A stretch of 64,000 nt of DNA, taken from IMG/VR virus record IMGVR_UViG_3300032159_000001. One strand, written 5' to 3'. Shown in pieces: positions 28,008 to 38,232 of this stretch; within the stretch, counting starts at the first letter, position 1, and each line of letters begins with the position of its first letter. This stretch comes from a virus. The notes below the pieces were generated by a model. That model was not told the origin of the DNA. It made no database searches and worked only from the letters and a program-made list of their open reading frames with translations. Both the position numbers and the translations under genes were made by a program.

Positions 28008-28448
28008 TCAGGCGTCCAAGTACATCAGCTCGAGATCGAAGGGTTCGACTTGGTGCAGGCGGTAAGAGGTGCCGGCGACGGTCATGCCGCCAATCTCTCC
28101 CGGCGACGTCTTGATGGTCTTCGGCATGATCAGTGGCTTCGTGAACCGAACGATGACGTTCCCCTTCGTGGCGTGGGGATAGGTGAACGGCTCGTACATC
28201 CTCACCTTCTTGTAGAAGGTCTCCAGGGCATAGATGTTGAGCTGTGGGAAGACGGTCTTGTTGGGACCATCGCCGGCATTGAGCTGCCACACGAACATGC
28301 TGGGAAAGTTCAGGTGAACGAGGACCTCGTCCGGTCCAGGGGGCTTCGCCGCGAAGCGGTAGCCGCGCCCGAGCTTCAACGACGAGCTACCCGGGTACTC
28401 GTCGTTGGGGGTGTGGTAGGGGAAGTCGAAAATGTCGGAGACAGCCAT
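28008..28448 (-). CDS. Distal tail protein (lambda gpM-like)
   Basis: Directly after the tape measure; LETFY...YEPFTY pattern. Confidence 0.7.
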   Translation of the reverse strand: MAVSDIFDFPYHTPNDEYPGSSSLKLGRGYRFAAKPPGPDEVLVHLNFPSMFVWQLNAGDGPNKTVFPQLNIYALETFYKKVRMYEPFTYPHATKGNVIVRFTKPLIMPKTIKTSPGEIGGMTVAGTSYRLHQVEPFDLELMYLDA

Positions 28449-28449
28449 T

Positions 28450-31400
28450 TCAGCCTCGCGTGGCCACGCTCTTGACCAGCTCCTTCAGAGCCCCGCCCTT
28501 GCGGATGTTGTTGCCGACCATGTGGACGATGTCCTTCTCGCTCGGCGGCGGGACCTGCTCGGGGGGAACGACGTAGACATTGGCGCTCGCCGAGGCGCCG
28601 CCCAGGCGCCTTGAGGTGTCGATCGGCGGCGCCCGGCTCACCATGGTGTTGCCCAGGGCATTCATCTGCTCGAGTTTGTCGCGGCCGATCGCGTCGACCG
28701 CCGACTTCCGCAGCATGAACTCGCCGGGCATGGCGTAGACCATCTTGCTGTCTCGGTTCGCCAGCGCGGCGTCGGAGACCGGCACCGTGCCGCCGCCGGC
28801 GCGCCGGATCACGCCACCGAGGGCGGCGGCCTGGGTGCCTCCGAAGAGCGACGAGAAGAAGCTCGTGATGCTGCCGCCGCTGCCTCCGCTCAACCCCTCG
28901 CCGCCGAAAATCGAGCGGAAGATGCTGTTCGTCAGGCTCTTCGAGATCGACGACATCAGGCCGCCGAGAATGTCGGTCGCAAACTTCTTCAGCGCATCGC
29001 CGGCCTTCATCGATCCGTTGAACAGGTTCGTCCAGAGGTTGTCGAAGGAGTTGCCGATGACCGTCAGGCTCTCTTCGATGCGCTTCTGAGCCTCGACCAT
29101 AGGGTCGACGAGCCGACCCTGAAAATCGACGATCCCACGGCTCTTCATGAAGGAGTCGACGGCGCCGGTGCCCGCCTCGCCGAGCGTGCGCTCGGTGCGC
29201 GCCTGCTGACGAGCGAGGTTGTTGGTGGGCTCGAGCCGCTTCTGCTGCTCGGTGACGTCGCGCAGGCGCTCCCGGATCGCGAGGGTGTCGCGATCGGTGT
29301 CAAGGCCGACCGCCTTCATTTGCTTGAGGGTCTCCTCAAGCGCGATGATCTTGGCCTGGTTGGCGGCGTACTCGCCCTCCAGCTCCTTGCGCTTCTGGAG
29401 GGTGTTGATCTCGTCGTTGAGCTGGTTGATGCGCTCCGTGTTACCGGCACGAGCGATGTTCTCGGGGCGCTCGAACTCCTTGCGAGCAGCGATGAGCTGC
29501 TCGAGCCGGTCCGTGATCTCCTTCAAGCTCGCCTTGCCGGCGGTCTCGGCCTGGTTCAGGCCCTGCTGGGAGTAGAGGTCGGCGAAGCGTCGGCGCGTCG
29601 CGGCACGAGCCGTCTCGCGGTCCTCGTCGCTGCCGCGATCCGGCTGGTTCTCGTCGCGCTGGCGGGCATTCTGAAAGAGCTGGCCCAGGGTCGTGAAGGC
29701 GTCGCGGTTCGCGTCGATGACACGGGCGGGATCCTGGACCCGCTTCGCCAGGGTCAGCTGGGTGTCGTACTGCTCGCTCAGCGCCCGATCCTGCTTGCGC
29801 AGGTCCGCCAGCATGCGCTCGCGGTTCGCCTTCTCCTCGGCGCGCGCGTTGGCCTGCCGGCGGTTCTCGAAGTCCTCCGCGGTCCGGTCATCGGCCGTCT
29901 GCTGCCGGCGGGCAGTCTCCGTCGCCCGGCTCGTGGGGGAGGGGTTCCCGACAGTGGTCTCGGCGTTTCGGTACTTGCGCAGGATGTACTGGACGAACTC
30001 TTCCGCGGTGATGTCGGAGCGGAAGTCCTTGCCCATGTTCCCCCGGACGGCATCGAGCCCACGGATGTCCGTGGCCAACCGATCGCCGCCGCGCAGCAGG
30101 CTCAGGGCGCCGCCGGCGCCCTGCTGATGCATGAGGTAGAGCTCCTCGTTCGTCGCCTCCCTGCCCATGTTCGAGCGGAAGGTCCCGGCGTTGCGCTGAG
30201 TGAACTCCTGGAAGGCGCGCATCTGCGCCTCGAAGCCGACATCCACATTGCGGGTGCCGTACATACGCTCCCAGGTCGAGGGCAGGAACTGGAAGAGCCC
30301 GGTGGCGCCGGCCGATGAGCGGCGCTCGCCCGAGATCACCCGAGGATCATAGCCGCCGGTCTCGATCTGCCCATTCGCTAGGGCATAGCGGATGCGCTCC
30401 TCGCTGACGCCCTGCCCCCGGAGGGTGTCGACGATCCGCTGCTGGGTCGAGCCGCCCCGATAGGTCGTGCCGGGGACGACGTCCGGGATGCGGATGTCGC
30501 CCTTCTGAACCTGGAGAGCGTTGATGCTTTTGCCGATCGCAGCGACCTCGCCGAGGAGACGGTTGATCTCCTGCACGGCCGCGCGCATCTGCTCTGGGGT
30601 CGAGCGAACGTCGTCCCGAACCTTCTCCAAGCCCTTGATCTGGTTCTCGATCAGGCTCTTCCGGTCCTGCTCGCCCTCGATCTTGTAGTTGAGGATCTGG
30701 TCCTGGAGCCGCTTGTGGATCTCGCCGTAGGTGACCGTCAGCTGGTCGAGCTTCGCCTTGCCCTCACGCTGGATCTCGTCACGCCGGGCGCGTAGCTCGG
30801 GGTTCTTGTTGACGATCTCCTCGGGCGTGTTGCCCTGCTCGATCTGGAAGATCTGCTCGCGGGCCGCATTGATCTCGCGCTGGATCTGCTCGGCCATCGC
30901 GCGAAAGCCGGCCACCCGGGTGGGGTCGCCGGACGCTGCAGTCTGACGCTGGATGAGCGCGAGCTGCGCCTCGTCCGAGCGGATGCGCGCGTTCAGGACG
31001 GCCTTCTGCTCCGGCGCGCTCGCCGAGAAGCGATCCCGCACCTCCTTGCTCTGCCCACGGACGATGGCCTCGAGCCCCGTGGTGACCTCGCGATAGGCAT
31101 CGTCGGCCGCCTTGCGGAGTTGCTCGCGCTCCTCGTCGCTGCCTCCACGAGCGACGATGGCGTCCTTCAGGACCTTGATCTGGTCCAAGACGCCCTGCGC
31201 CTCTCCCGAGACGACGCGGGCGGCGGCGCGCATGTCCTGGAGGCCACCGAAGCCGGCGCGACGGCTGGCCTCGGTGACGCCAGCGAGCTGCTGGCCCGAG
31301 AGGCGGTCGCGGGCCGAGCGGACCGCGGCGAACTCTGAGGTATCCTGCAGGCTGGCCGCGCGTTCGGCGGCTTGCGCCGTCCGGCGCTGCTGCTCGGTAG

Positions 31401-34400
31401 CCTGGATGTCGGTCGCCGTCGCCACGACCTCGTTGAAACGAGCGAGCGCCGCCTCGACCGCCTTGACCCGGGCATCCAGACGGTCGGCCCCTGACTTGTA
31501 TCCGGCGATGAGCGCACGCGTGGCCTGGGTCCGCAGCTCATCGACCTCACGGAGCGCGGCCGTTCGGTAGGGGGCCGCGCCGCCGAGCGGGTTCTCGCCG
31601 AGGAGGCGCGGGTCACGGATGACCTGAGCCATGGTCGAGTAGATACCCGGGCCGTTCCGGTCGAGCCGCTGGATGTCGGCCAGCGGATCGACGTCGATGA
31701 GGGCGCCCATCCCAGCCACGTCGCCGGAGGCTGTCCCGACCGTGACCTGCGATCCCCGGGCGCGAGCGGCCTGAAGTCGGTTCAGCTCCTCGATCTTCTT
31801 GCTCAGGACCGAGATCTGCTCGGACAGCAGAGTGGGGAGCTGCGTGTTCAGCTCGACGCGCAACCCCTGCAGGCTCTTGATCAGCTCGTCGACCGAGGTA
31901 CGGGCCGGGTCGGCGGCAAGACCGATGTCCCCGAACGCCTTCTGGGCCTCGATCACCGCCGTCTCACGCATCAGCGGATCGCTGTTGAGCTTCTCCCGGC
32001 GGTCGATCAGGGTCTGGATCGTGCGGTCCAGGTCGGTCGAGCGCTGCTGGAGCGTCGACTGCCGGGACGTCAGCTCGTTCTCGGACCGCTTCAGGATGTC
32101 GAGGGCGACCTGCGCCTTCTCGGCCTCCGACTGGAGCGTGGTGAGGTAGTAGATCAGCCCACCGGCGCCCGCCACCGCACCGGCCGCCAGGCCGACCGGC
32201 CCAGAGAGCAGCGCCAGAGCACCGCCCGCCCCGAGCATAGAGGTAAAGCCGGCCACGAGCTGGCCGATCTTCACGGCGGCGATGGCTGTGGCGATGGAGC
32301 CGAAGCCAGCGGCGATCACAGGCAGGATCGGGCCGAGCTGGTTCAGCTTCTCCAGCATCGTGCCGGTGCCGCCGGCCGCCGCGGTCAGGACCTTCACCAG
32401 CGGGGCAAAGGCGGTGTCCACGAGACCGAACACGATGTTCGTGAGACGCTGGCCGGCGGACGACAGGCTCTCGTTGGCCTTGGCCGCCCCTTCCGTCGCT
32501 GCGGAGGTGAGCAGAAACTCCTTCTGGAGGGTGCTGAGCTTGTCGGCCTGCCCGACGAGAGCCGAGAAGGCCGCCGCGGCGCGCAGATCCATGGAGCGAA
32601 GCGCCTCGGCGGTGCCGAAACCGGCCTTCTGCAGGTTCTGGAGGACGCCGGAGAAGCCCTGGGTCCGTAGGTCGACATCCGCGAGGTCGATCCCGACCTC
32701 CTTCAGGACGCTCCGCAGCTTGTCGGACGGTGCGGCTAGTTCCGTGATGAGCTGGCGCATGCCGGTGCCGATCGTCGACCCCGACTTCACGCCGGCCTGG
32801 GCAATGGCGCCGATCGAGGCGGTCAGCTCCGTGAAGCTCACGTCGCTGTCGCGCGCGATGTTCGCGGCGTACTGGATGCCCAGCTGGAGCTGGTCCATCG
32901 TCAGCTTGGTGCGGTTCAGCGCAGCGACGAAGACGTCGGCGACCTCGGCCGCGCGCCCGGCCTCCATGTTGTAGGCACCGAGCACGCCAGTGATGGCGGA
33001 CACGCTCTCCTGCAGGGTCGAGCCCGACGCAGCCGCGAGATCCACGACGGGTTTGAGCGCCTTCGTGACCTCGCTGGCGGCAAGACCGGTCTGGCCGAGG
33101 GAGATGGCGACCTGCGTGAGATCGTTGACCGAGAACTTGCTGGTCGCGGCCACCTCGAGGAGGTTGGCGCGGAAGCCAGCCATCTCCGAGTTGGCCGCGC
33201 CGGTGATCGCTTGGAACTTGACCAGGTTCTCGTCGAAGGCGACGAGCGCTGCCATCGCCCCAGTGATCGCGCTCGTCAGCAGGCCGAAGGTCGCGTAGTT
33301 CGCGGCGAGCTGCGCCTGGAACGCGAACTGCTGAGCCCCACCGTCCAGATCGAAGGCAGCTCGACGCGCCCGGAAGCCCTCCCGGGCGCCGAACTGAAGC
33401 TGCTCGTCCGTCTTCGGTGTCGCGGCGCCTACCGCCGCGCGACGCTCGGACGCCCAGGTGCGCAGCAACGCCTTCTGGTCATTGATCGACAGGTTCTCCT
33501 GCGCGATCATGCGCTGGAACTCGCCCCGCTCGACCCCGTAGCGGTTCACGAAAGCGGTATCGCGCGAGACCTGCCGAAGAGCGGTCTCCCCTGTCAGCCG
33601 GCGGTCACGATCCTTGTTCTCGGTCTCGGCGTTGGCGCGCTCGCGCACAGCCTGCAGCCGGCGGATCCGATCCACCTCTTTGTTCTCGGCTTCCGCGGTC
33701 TCACGCTCCCGGCGCGCGCGCAGCCGATCGGTGGCGTCACGGTCCTTGTTCTCGGCCTCGGCCGTCGCCCGCTCCCGCAGGGCCTGGACACGAGCGATGG
33801 CCTGCCGATCAGCGAAGGCGTCGCGCTCTGCGAGCGTGCTGCCTTCGCCCAGCCGCCGGACGGCGCGCTCCGTAGAGATGCGCGCATCAGCGATAGCCGC
33901 GTCGGCCGAACCAGGCACGGCCTGCCGGACAGCTCGGATCTGGACCCGCTGCTGGGCCGCGACCAGGGCACCCTCGACGGCCTGGCTGGTCGACGTCAGC
34001 AGGCGCTCCATCGCCTTGCCTGTCGCCAGGGCGAGCCGCGCGGTGAGCTGATCGGTGGTGGTATTGATGCCGGTGAGGGCATCCTTCAGAGCGTTCTCGG
34101 CAGCACGAGCCTGCCCGACCGTGCGGCCATCGGCGACCCGGCCCTCGGAACGGACCCGATCCACGGCGCCGCGGGCTACGCTCAGCTCCCGCTGAAGCTG
34201 AACCTCCTTCGCGAGGCTGTCGTTGTACTTGGCCTGCTCGGCGTTGAGCTTCTCGATCCGGCCGAAGGCGCGGGTCTCCGCGGCCGACCCGGGCGCCGCC
34301 TTCTCGGCGGCCTTCTGCGCTGCGACGAGGTTGTCCTTGTAGTCGGCCGAGGCCTTGACGGCCTTCTCCATCGTGGTCCGCATCGCCTCCGCGGCGCGCA

Positions 34401-34497
34401 GACCAGCCGTCATCGCCTCGAAGGTGCGCCGGAGAGAGGCCTCCAGCTCGTTCGAGCCGACGTCGAGGTCGACATTCAGATGGTCTTCACCCGCCAT
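28450..34497 (-). CDS. Tape measure protein with embedded lytic transglycosylase domain
   Basis: 2015 aa, helical; TP901-type core; IETGG..GATGLFQF..STW at about 29960-30450. Confidence 0.92.
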   Translation of the reverse strand: MAGEDHLNVDLDVGSNELEASLRRTFEAMTAGLRAAEAMRTTMEKAVKASADYKDNLVAAQKAAEKAAPGSAAETRAFGRIEKLNAEQAKYNDSLAKEVQLQRELSVARGAVDRVRSEGRVADGRTVGQARAAENALKDALTGINTTTDQLTARLALATGKAMERLLTSTSQAVEGALVAAQQRVQIRAVRQAVPGSADAAIADARISTERAVRRLGEGSTLAERDAFADRQAIARVQALRERATAEAENKDRDATDRLRARRERETAEAENKEVDRIRRLQAVRERANAETENKDRDRRLTGETALRQVSRDTAFVNRYGVERGEFQRMIAQENLSINDQKALLRTWASERRAAVGAATPKTDEQLQFGAREGFRARRAAFDLDGGAQQFAFQAQLAANYATFGLLTSAITGAMAALVAFDENLVKFQAITGAANSEMAGFRANLLEVAATSKFSVNDLTQVAISLGQTGLAASEVTKALKPVVDLAAASGSTLQESVSAITGVLGAYNMEAGRAAEVADVFVAALNRTKLTMDQLQLGIQYAANIARDSDVSFTELTASIGAIAQAGVKSGSTIGTGMRQLITELAAPSDKLRSVLKEVGIDLADVDLRTQGFSGVLQNLQKAGFGTAEALRSMDLRAAAAFSALVGQADKLSTLQKEFLLTSAATEGAAKANESLSSAGQRLTNIVFGLVDTAFAPLVKVLTAAAGGTGTMLEKLNQLGPILPVIAAGFGSIATAIAAVKIGQLVAGFTSMLGAGGALALLSGPVGLAAGAVAGAGGLIYYLTTLQSEAEKAQVALDILKRSENELTSRQSTLQQRSTDLDRTIQTLIDRREKLNSDPLMRETAVIEAQKAFGDIGLAADPARTSVDELIKSLQGLRVELNTQLPTLLSEQISVLSKKIEELNRLQAARARGSQVTVGTASGDVAGMGALIDVDPLADIQRLDRNGPGIYSTMAQVIRDPRLLGENPLGGAAPYRTAALREVDELRTQATRALIAGYKSGADRLDARVKAVEAALARFNEVVATATDIQATEQQRRTAQAAERAASLQDTSEFAAVRSARDRLSGQQLAGVTEASRRAGFGGLQDMRAAARVVSGEAQGVLDQIKVLKDAIVARGGSDEEREQLRKAADDAYREVTTGLEAIVRGQSKEVRDRFSASAPEQKAVLNARIRSDEAQLALIQRQTAASGDPTRVAGFRAMAEQIQREINAAREQIFQIEQGNTPEEIVNKNPELRARRDEIQREGKAKLDQLTVTYGEIHKRLQDQILNYKIEGEQDRKSLIENQIKGLEKVRDDVRSTPEQMRAAVQEINRLLGEVAAIGKSINALQVQKGDIRIPDVVPGTTYRGGSTQQRIVDTLRGQGVSEERIRYALANGQIETGGYDPRVISGERRSSAGATGLFQFLPSTWERMYGTRNVDVGFEAQMRAFQEFTQRNAGTFRSNMGREATNEELYLMHQQGAGGALSLLRGGDRLATDIRGLDAVRGNMGKDFRSDITAEEFVQYILRKYRNAETTVGNPSPTSRATETARRQQTADDRTAEDFENRRQANARAEEKANRERMLADLRKQDRALSEQYDTQLTLAKRVQDPARVIDANRDAFTTLGQLFQNARQRDENQPDRGSDEDRETARAATRRRFADLYSQQGLNQAETAGKASLKEITDRLEQLIAARKEFERPENIARAGNTERINQLNDEINTLQKRKELEGEYAANQAKIIALEETLKQMKAVGLDTDRDTLAIRERLRDVTEQQKRLEPTNNLARQQARTERTLGEAGTGAVDSFMKSRGIVDFQGRLVDPMVEAQKRIEESLTVIGNSFDNLWTNLFNGSMKAGDALKKFATDILGGLMSSISKSLTNSIFRSIFGGEGLSGGSGGSITSFFSSLFGGTQAAALGGVIRRAGGGTVPVSDAALANRDSKMVYAMPGEFMLRKSAVDAIGRDKLEQMNALGNTMVSRAPPIDTSRRLGGASASANVYVVPPEQVPPPSEKDIVHMVGNNIRKGGALKELVKSVATRG

Positions 34498-34843
34498 TGA
34501 CCATGCGCGCGAACGCCATCATGTCGTCCACGCTCTCCAGCTGCTTGGGCTCGGACTTGGAGCCGCTGAACATGCGGCCCACGACGAAGAGCAAGCTCTC
34601 AGTCGTGGACATGGCCTTGACCATCTCGAACCGGATGAACAAACCGGACACACGACGAAGATCATCGAGTGTCTTTGACCAGTACAGTTTGGTCAGGTCG
34701 CTCGGGTGACATCTGAAAGCGAGGATCAGGCTGTCTTCCCAGCTGAGTTCCCCGAAGAAGTCAGAGATGATGCGACAGCCTGTAGCTTCGCCGCGTTGCT
34801 CGCCAGGAGAGTCGCGCTCTTGTCGAACCGGCGGACGAAAAAA
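34487..34843 (-). CDS. Tail assembly chaperone, frameshifted C-terminal part (gpT-like)
   Basis: Open -1 frame with no start codon of its own, ending over the TMP start; T TTT TTC heptamer at 34837-34843. Confidence 0.6.
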   Translation of the reverse strand, partial: FFRPPVRQERDSPGEQRGEATGCRIISDFFGELSWEDSLILAFRCHPSDLTKLYWSKTLDDLRRVSGLFIRFEMVKAMSTTESLLFVVGRMFSGSKSEPKQLESVDDMMAFARMVNGG

Positions 34844-35163
34844 TCCAGCGCATGCGCCCCGATCCAGTCCAGGATCTGCTCGGCGACCTCGGGCTGGATG
34901 TGATGAACCGAGATCGCGTCCGATCCGGCCTCCGAGGCCGACAGTACAGCGCCCCGCTCATCCCGCGGCGCGAGCACGATCTCCAGCGCCGTGAGCGCCG
35001 TCTGTGGGTCGAACGAGAGGTTCGGGACGCCCTCCACCCCTCCGACGAGCGCACTGATCTCGTTCAGAAGCCCGAAGCTCATGAACAGCTCGCGGCTCTC
35101 ATCCTTGTCTGGGTCGAGCTTGATCTTCAGACGAGGCGGTGGCGCGGAAGTTGATACTGACAC
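34726..35163 (-). CDS. Tail assembly chaperone (gpG-like)
   Basis: Between major tail and TMP; GAGG SD plus GTG at 35163. Confidence 0.75.
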   Translation of the reverse strand: MSVSTSAPPPRLKIKLDPDKDESRELFMSFGLLNEISALVGGVEGVPNLSFDPQTALTALEIVLAPRDERGAVLSASEAGSDAISVHHIQPEVAEQILDWIGAHALDFFVRRFDKSATLLASNAAKLQAVASSLTSSGNSAGKTA

Positions 35164-35214
35164 GATCAAGGCCTCATCTGCTGGCTTTCTCCAATGTGGG
35201 TGCGAGTGGTCAAA

Positions 35215-35246
35215 AGAAAAGGCCCCGTTTTCACGGGGCCTTTTCT
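35215..35246 (-). terminator. Intrinsic terminator after the major tail gene
   Basis: AGAAAAGGCCCCGT-N4-ACGGGGCCTTTTCT, followed by a U-rich tail on the - strand. Confidence 0.8.
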
Positions 35247-35266
35247 CGACATGATCGATTTTGTTC

Positions 35267-36043
35267 TTACCGGTTGAAGATCTGCATCCGCTGCCGGAAG
35301 TCCGCATCGTAACCGGGGTCGGTCGCGACGGGGACCAGCGGCGTCCACTCGAACGGGAGGTTCGAGAAGTTGTCGGAGCTGAAGCCCATCGCGAAGCCCT
35401 TCGTGATCCGGCACTTGGGGAAGTGCAGCACGACGGGCGTCGAGAGATCGACGGCGATGCCGACGACACGAACGGCGAAGTAGTTGTTCGCCTTGGCCGG
35501 GTCGGCGTCGATCTTATTGAACTCGCCGACCCGGGCGTTGGTGGTAAAGGACAGACCGGTGGGGACCGGATAGCCGGTGAAGGTCACGGTGTTGGTCGAG
35601 ATCGCCGACACCTTGAAGATGTGGATCTGGTCGTCCAGGGCCTCCTGGATATAGCCCCAGTCGCCGACAGCGAAGGTGTTCGCGGCGGCGGTCGTGAAGG
35701 ACGTGGCACCAGCGGCCACCGCAGCGGTGATCGCCTGGGGCGGAGCCATGTCGACGAGGCCGGTCGGATCCTGCGACAGGCCGTAGGCGAGGTTCCGGGA
35801 GGTGTACTCGTACACCTCACCGGAGCCCGTGATCGGCATGCCGTTGTTCACGCTCGCGACAACATCGTTCATGATGCCCTGAGTCAGGTCCACTTTCGAG
35901 GGCGTAGCCTCGACGCGGACGTTCTTGACCAGGCCGACCGAGTGCGTGAGCGGGTTCATCGCCTTCTGCTGCGCCATGGGCGCGATGAGCAGCGAGGCGG
36001 TCGAAAAGTGGAAGCGACCCGTGAGGGCGGTGCCGGGTACCAT
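35267..36043 (-). CDS. Major tail (tube) protein
   Basis: Position before chaperone and TMP; VVLHFPKCRI, NLPFEWTPL. Confidence 0.8.
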   Translation of the reverse strand: MVPGTALTGRFHFSTASLLIAPMAQQKAMNPLTHSVGLVKNVRVEATPSKVDLTQGIMNDVVASVNNGMPITGSGEVYEYTSRNLAYGLSQDPTGLVDMAPPQAITAAVAAGATSFTTAAANTFAVGDWGYIQEALDDQIHIFKVSAISTNTVTFTGYPVPTGLSFTTNARVGEFNKIDADPAKANNYFAVRVVGIAVDLSTPVVLHFPKCRITKGFAMGFSSDNFSNLPFEWTPLVPVATDPGYDADFRQRMQIFNR

Positions 36044-36149
36044 GGAGAAATCTCCGTCTCAGGGTCTGAAAACTGTCGCTTGCAATATTGGCTCTGAGCC
36101 CCATTTTTCCAAAGCAGAGCCCCTAAAATCTATGGGAAGATCAAGATCT

Positions 36150-36389
36150 ATGCCCAGGCAGAGCCAATCGAACGTCGAACGTCCTCTGACTGTCATGGTC
36201 AAACCCGATCTTGATGCTGTTCTTCGGGCACGCGCCGTCGCGAACCATCGGAGCGTCACGAAGGAGATCGTGTTTCTGATCGAGACGGCTCTCGGTTGTA
36301 CCTCAGAGAGCGTCCGGGAGACCGTGCATCTGCTCTACAAGATGAATGCCGAGGTCACGTCTGAGCCGGTAGCGTCCCCGCTCGCGTGA
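36150..36389 (+). CDS. Arc-like ribbon-helix-helix protein, antisense within the tail operon
   Basis: LTVMVKPDLDAVLRARAVANHRSVTKEIVFLIE matches the Arc pattern; alternative ATG 36132. Confidence 0.72.
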   Translation: MPRQSQSNVERPLTVMVKPDLDAVLRARAVANHRSVTKEIVFLIETALGCTSESVRETVHLLYKMNAEVTSEPVASPLA

Positions 36390-36795
36390 CGCGCGCGCTG
36401 ACCTGGATGTCGAACGTCGGACGATAGTCCACGCGCGTCATCGGCGAGACGGAGGTTCCGTCGAAGATCACGGCCTCGAAACCGGTCCGTGATCCATCGT
36501 CGTTGAACATCGGGAACCGCTTCTGCGCCTGAAGACGCTGATAGAAGAGGTCCGCGTAGTTGGTCGCTCGGACAAGGCTGGGGTCGTCGATGACCATGAT
36601 GCCGATCCCGAAGTTCAGGTCGTGGAACTTGTCGTTCTCCGTACAAGAGAAGCCAACAAGACCGACGAGATCCTTATTCGGAAGCTTGAAGTCTTCGGCA
36701 TGACCATCCCACTCCGTGTACTGAACGTCGGAGCCGAACTGAGCTGCCGTGTCGATGATCATTCGGACCGTCGATAGGCGAGCGATCTTGAACAT
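36355..36795 (-). CDS. Tail terminator/completion protein (positional)
   Basis: Immediately upstream of the major tail gene. Confidence 0.6.
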   Translation of the reverse strand: MFKIARLSTVRMIIDTAAQFGSDVQYTEWDGHAEDFKLPNKDLVGLVGFSCTENDKFHDLNFGIGIMVIDDPSLVRATNYADLFYQRLQAQKRFPMFNDDGSRTGFEAVIFDGTSVSPMTRVDYRPTFDIQVSARVTRAGTLPAQT

Positions 36796-36796
36796 C

Positions 36797-37666
36797 TTAG
36801 GTCACCTTCTTGACACGCCGGCTCAAGGCCTTCCGCAGGGACTTGTCCAGGACTATGGGGAGTCGATTGCTGATCCAGAAGATCAGGGTGTTCTGGAAGA
36901 AGGGACGATGGGTGCCATGCGGGTTCTCGAGCTTGTAGAGCAGGGGATGCTTGGGATCGCGGTCCGGTGCGCCGACCTTCTTGAGGTATCGGACGAACAG
37001 GCTCTCGCTTCGAGCGCCCCCGTCACCATAGGCCCCCGGAAGCGATTGAGGGCTCACGCCGGCCTTCTCCTTGCCGGACGCCTGGGCAAGGATGGAGAGT
37101 GACACGGTGACCTTCCGAGGACCTCGTCGCACGATGATCTTCGGGTCGACGAGCGAAGCCAGGGCAGGGCCGAAGTAGTCGAGGAGGACCTTGCGCAGGT
37201 TGCCGGTGTCCACGAAGAAGGTGTCCGGCTGGCCGGCAGAGACCGCGCCCCGGCGCCGCCGGCTCGACACCATCCGGCGGCGCTTGTTTTCCAGCGTTCG
37301 CTTGGTGAGAGCTACCCACTCGACGGTCGTCTTCCCCTTAAGGCGTGAGGAGGCGCTATCGGTCGAGGAGACCGCCGATGCCCGGCTGATGCCGTCGAGC
37401 GCCGTCGTGATGGTGCCGCTCGCCGGTGACCGGATCTTGGTGAAGACGCGGGCGGCCTGCGAACCGAAGCGATCGGCGTCTTGAGCAATGTCCCGGACGA
37501 TGTCATCTCGAGCGGCGAAGATGCCTTCGGCGGTCCGCTCGACGCCTTTCTTCTCCGCCTGAGCACGCAGCAGCTCTACGCTCTTCGCGGCTACGAAGCT
37601 GGGGTCTTGGTCGACTGTGTTGGCGCGCCTACCGCCGACCCTGAACAGGAGGGTGAAGTCAGGCAC
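36797..37666 (-). CDS. Neck/tail completion protein (positional)
   Basis: Basic protein in the head-tail joining block; HRPFF motif. Confidence 0.55.
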   Translation of the reverse strand: MPDFTLLFRVGGRRANTVDQDPSFVAAKSVELLRAQAEKKGVERTAEGIFAARDDIVRDIAQDADRFGSQAARVFTKIRSPASGTITTALDGISRASAVSSTDSASSRLKGKTTVEWVALTKRTLENKRRRMVSSRRRRGAVSAGQPDTFFVDTGNLRKVLLDYFGPALASLVDPKIIVRRGPRKVTVSLSILAQASGKEKAGVSPQSLPGAYGDGGARSESLFVRYLKKVGAPDRDPKHPLLYKLENPHGTHRPFFQNTLIFWISNRLPIVLDKSLRKALSRRVKKVT

Positions 37667-37670
37667 GGCA

Positions 37671-38228
37671 TCACTCGATCTCGGCGATCGAGACCCCCAG
37701 CGCCGGGTTCAGCCGCTTCACGGTCTTGCCGTTCACGACGTCGCCAAGCTGCACGCGGGCGCCCGTGATCAGCCGCAGCCGGTCGGTGGGCACCCGCAGG
37801 CCCGGGTCCTCGTTGCCATGCGTGTAATTCTCGATCGACACCCAGATCGGTCCCAGCTCCACGAAAGCTCCCGCCGCCTGGGGGAGTCCGGTGACAGGGT
37901 TCATCGTGGCGCTAGCCCGCCGCTGCCAGGAGACCTCTGCGGTCATCTGGAACAGCACGAAGCAGCGCGACACGACATCGTCGTGGGCGAGAGGCAGCTC
38001 CCAATTACCGACGAGCATGATCCGGTTCGCTGGGTCCTGGAAAAGATCACGCGCCTTGACGGGCTCGCGCGGGCGCGTGCGCAGACCGAGCCGCGGTAGA
38101 ACGAAGACGCTGGTCGGCAGGGCGGTCGGGTTGACCGGAAAAATGACGCCGCGAAAGCGGGTCGCCTTGCCGAGCTTCTTGAGCCAGATCTCATTCTGCG
38201 CCTGAAGACGCGACAGCAGCTTCGGCAC
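37671..38228 (-). CDS. Head closure protein (positional)
   Basis: GTG start after GGGGG; head-tail block. Confidence 0.55.
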   Translation of the reverse strand: MPKLLSRLQAQNEIWLKKLGKATRFRGVIFPVNPTALPTSVFVLPRLGLRTRPREPVKARDLFQDPANRIMLVGNWELPLAHDDVVSRCFVLFQMTAEVSWQRRASATMNPVTGLPQAAGAFVELGPIWVSIENYTHGNEDPGLRVPTDRLRLITGARVQLGDVVNGKTVKRLNPALGVSIAEIE

Positions 38229-38232
38229 GGGC

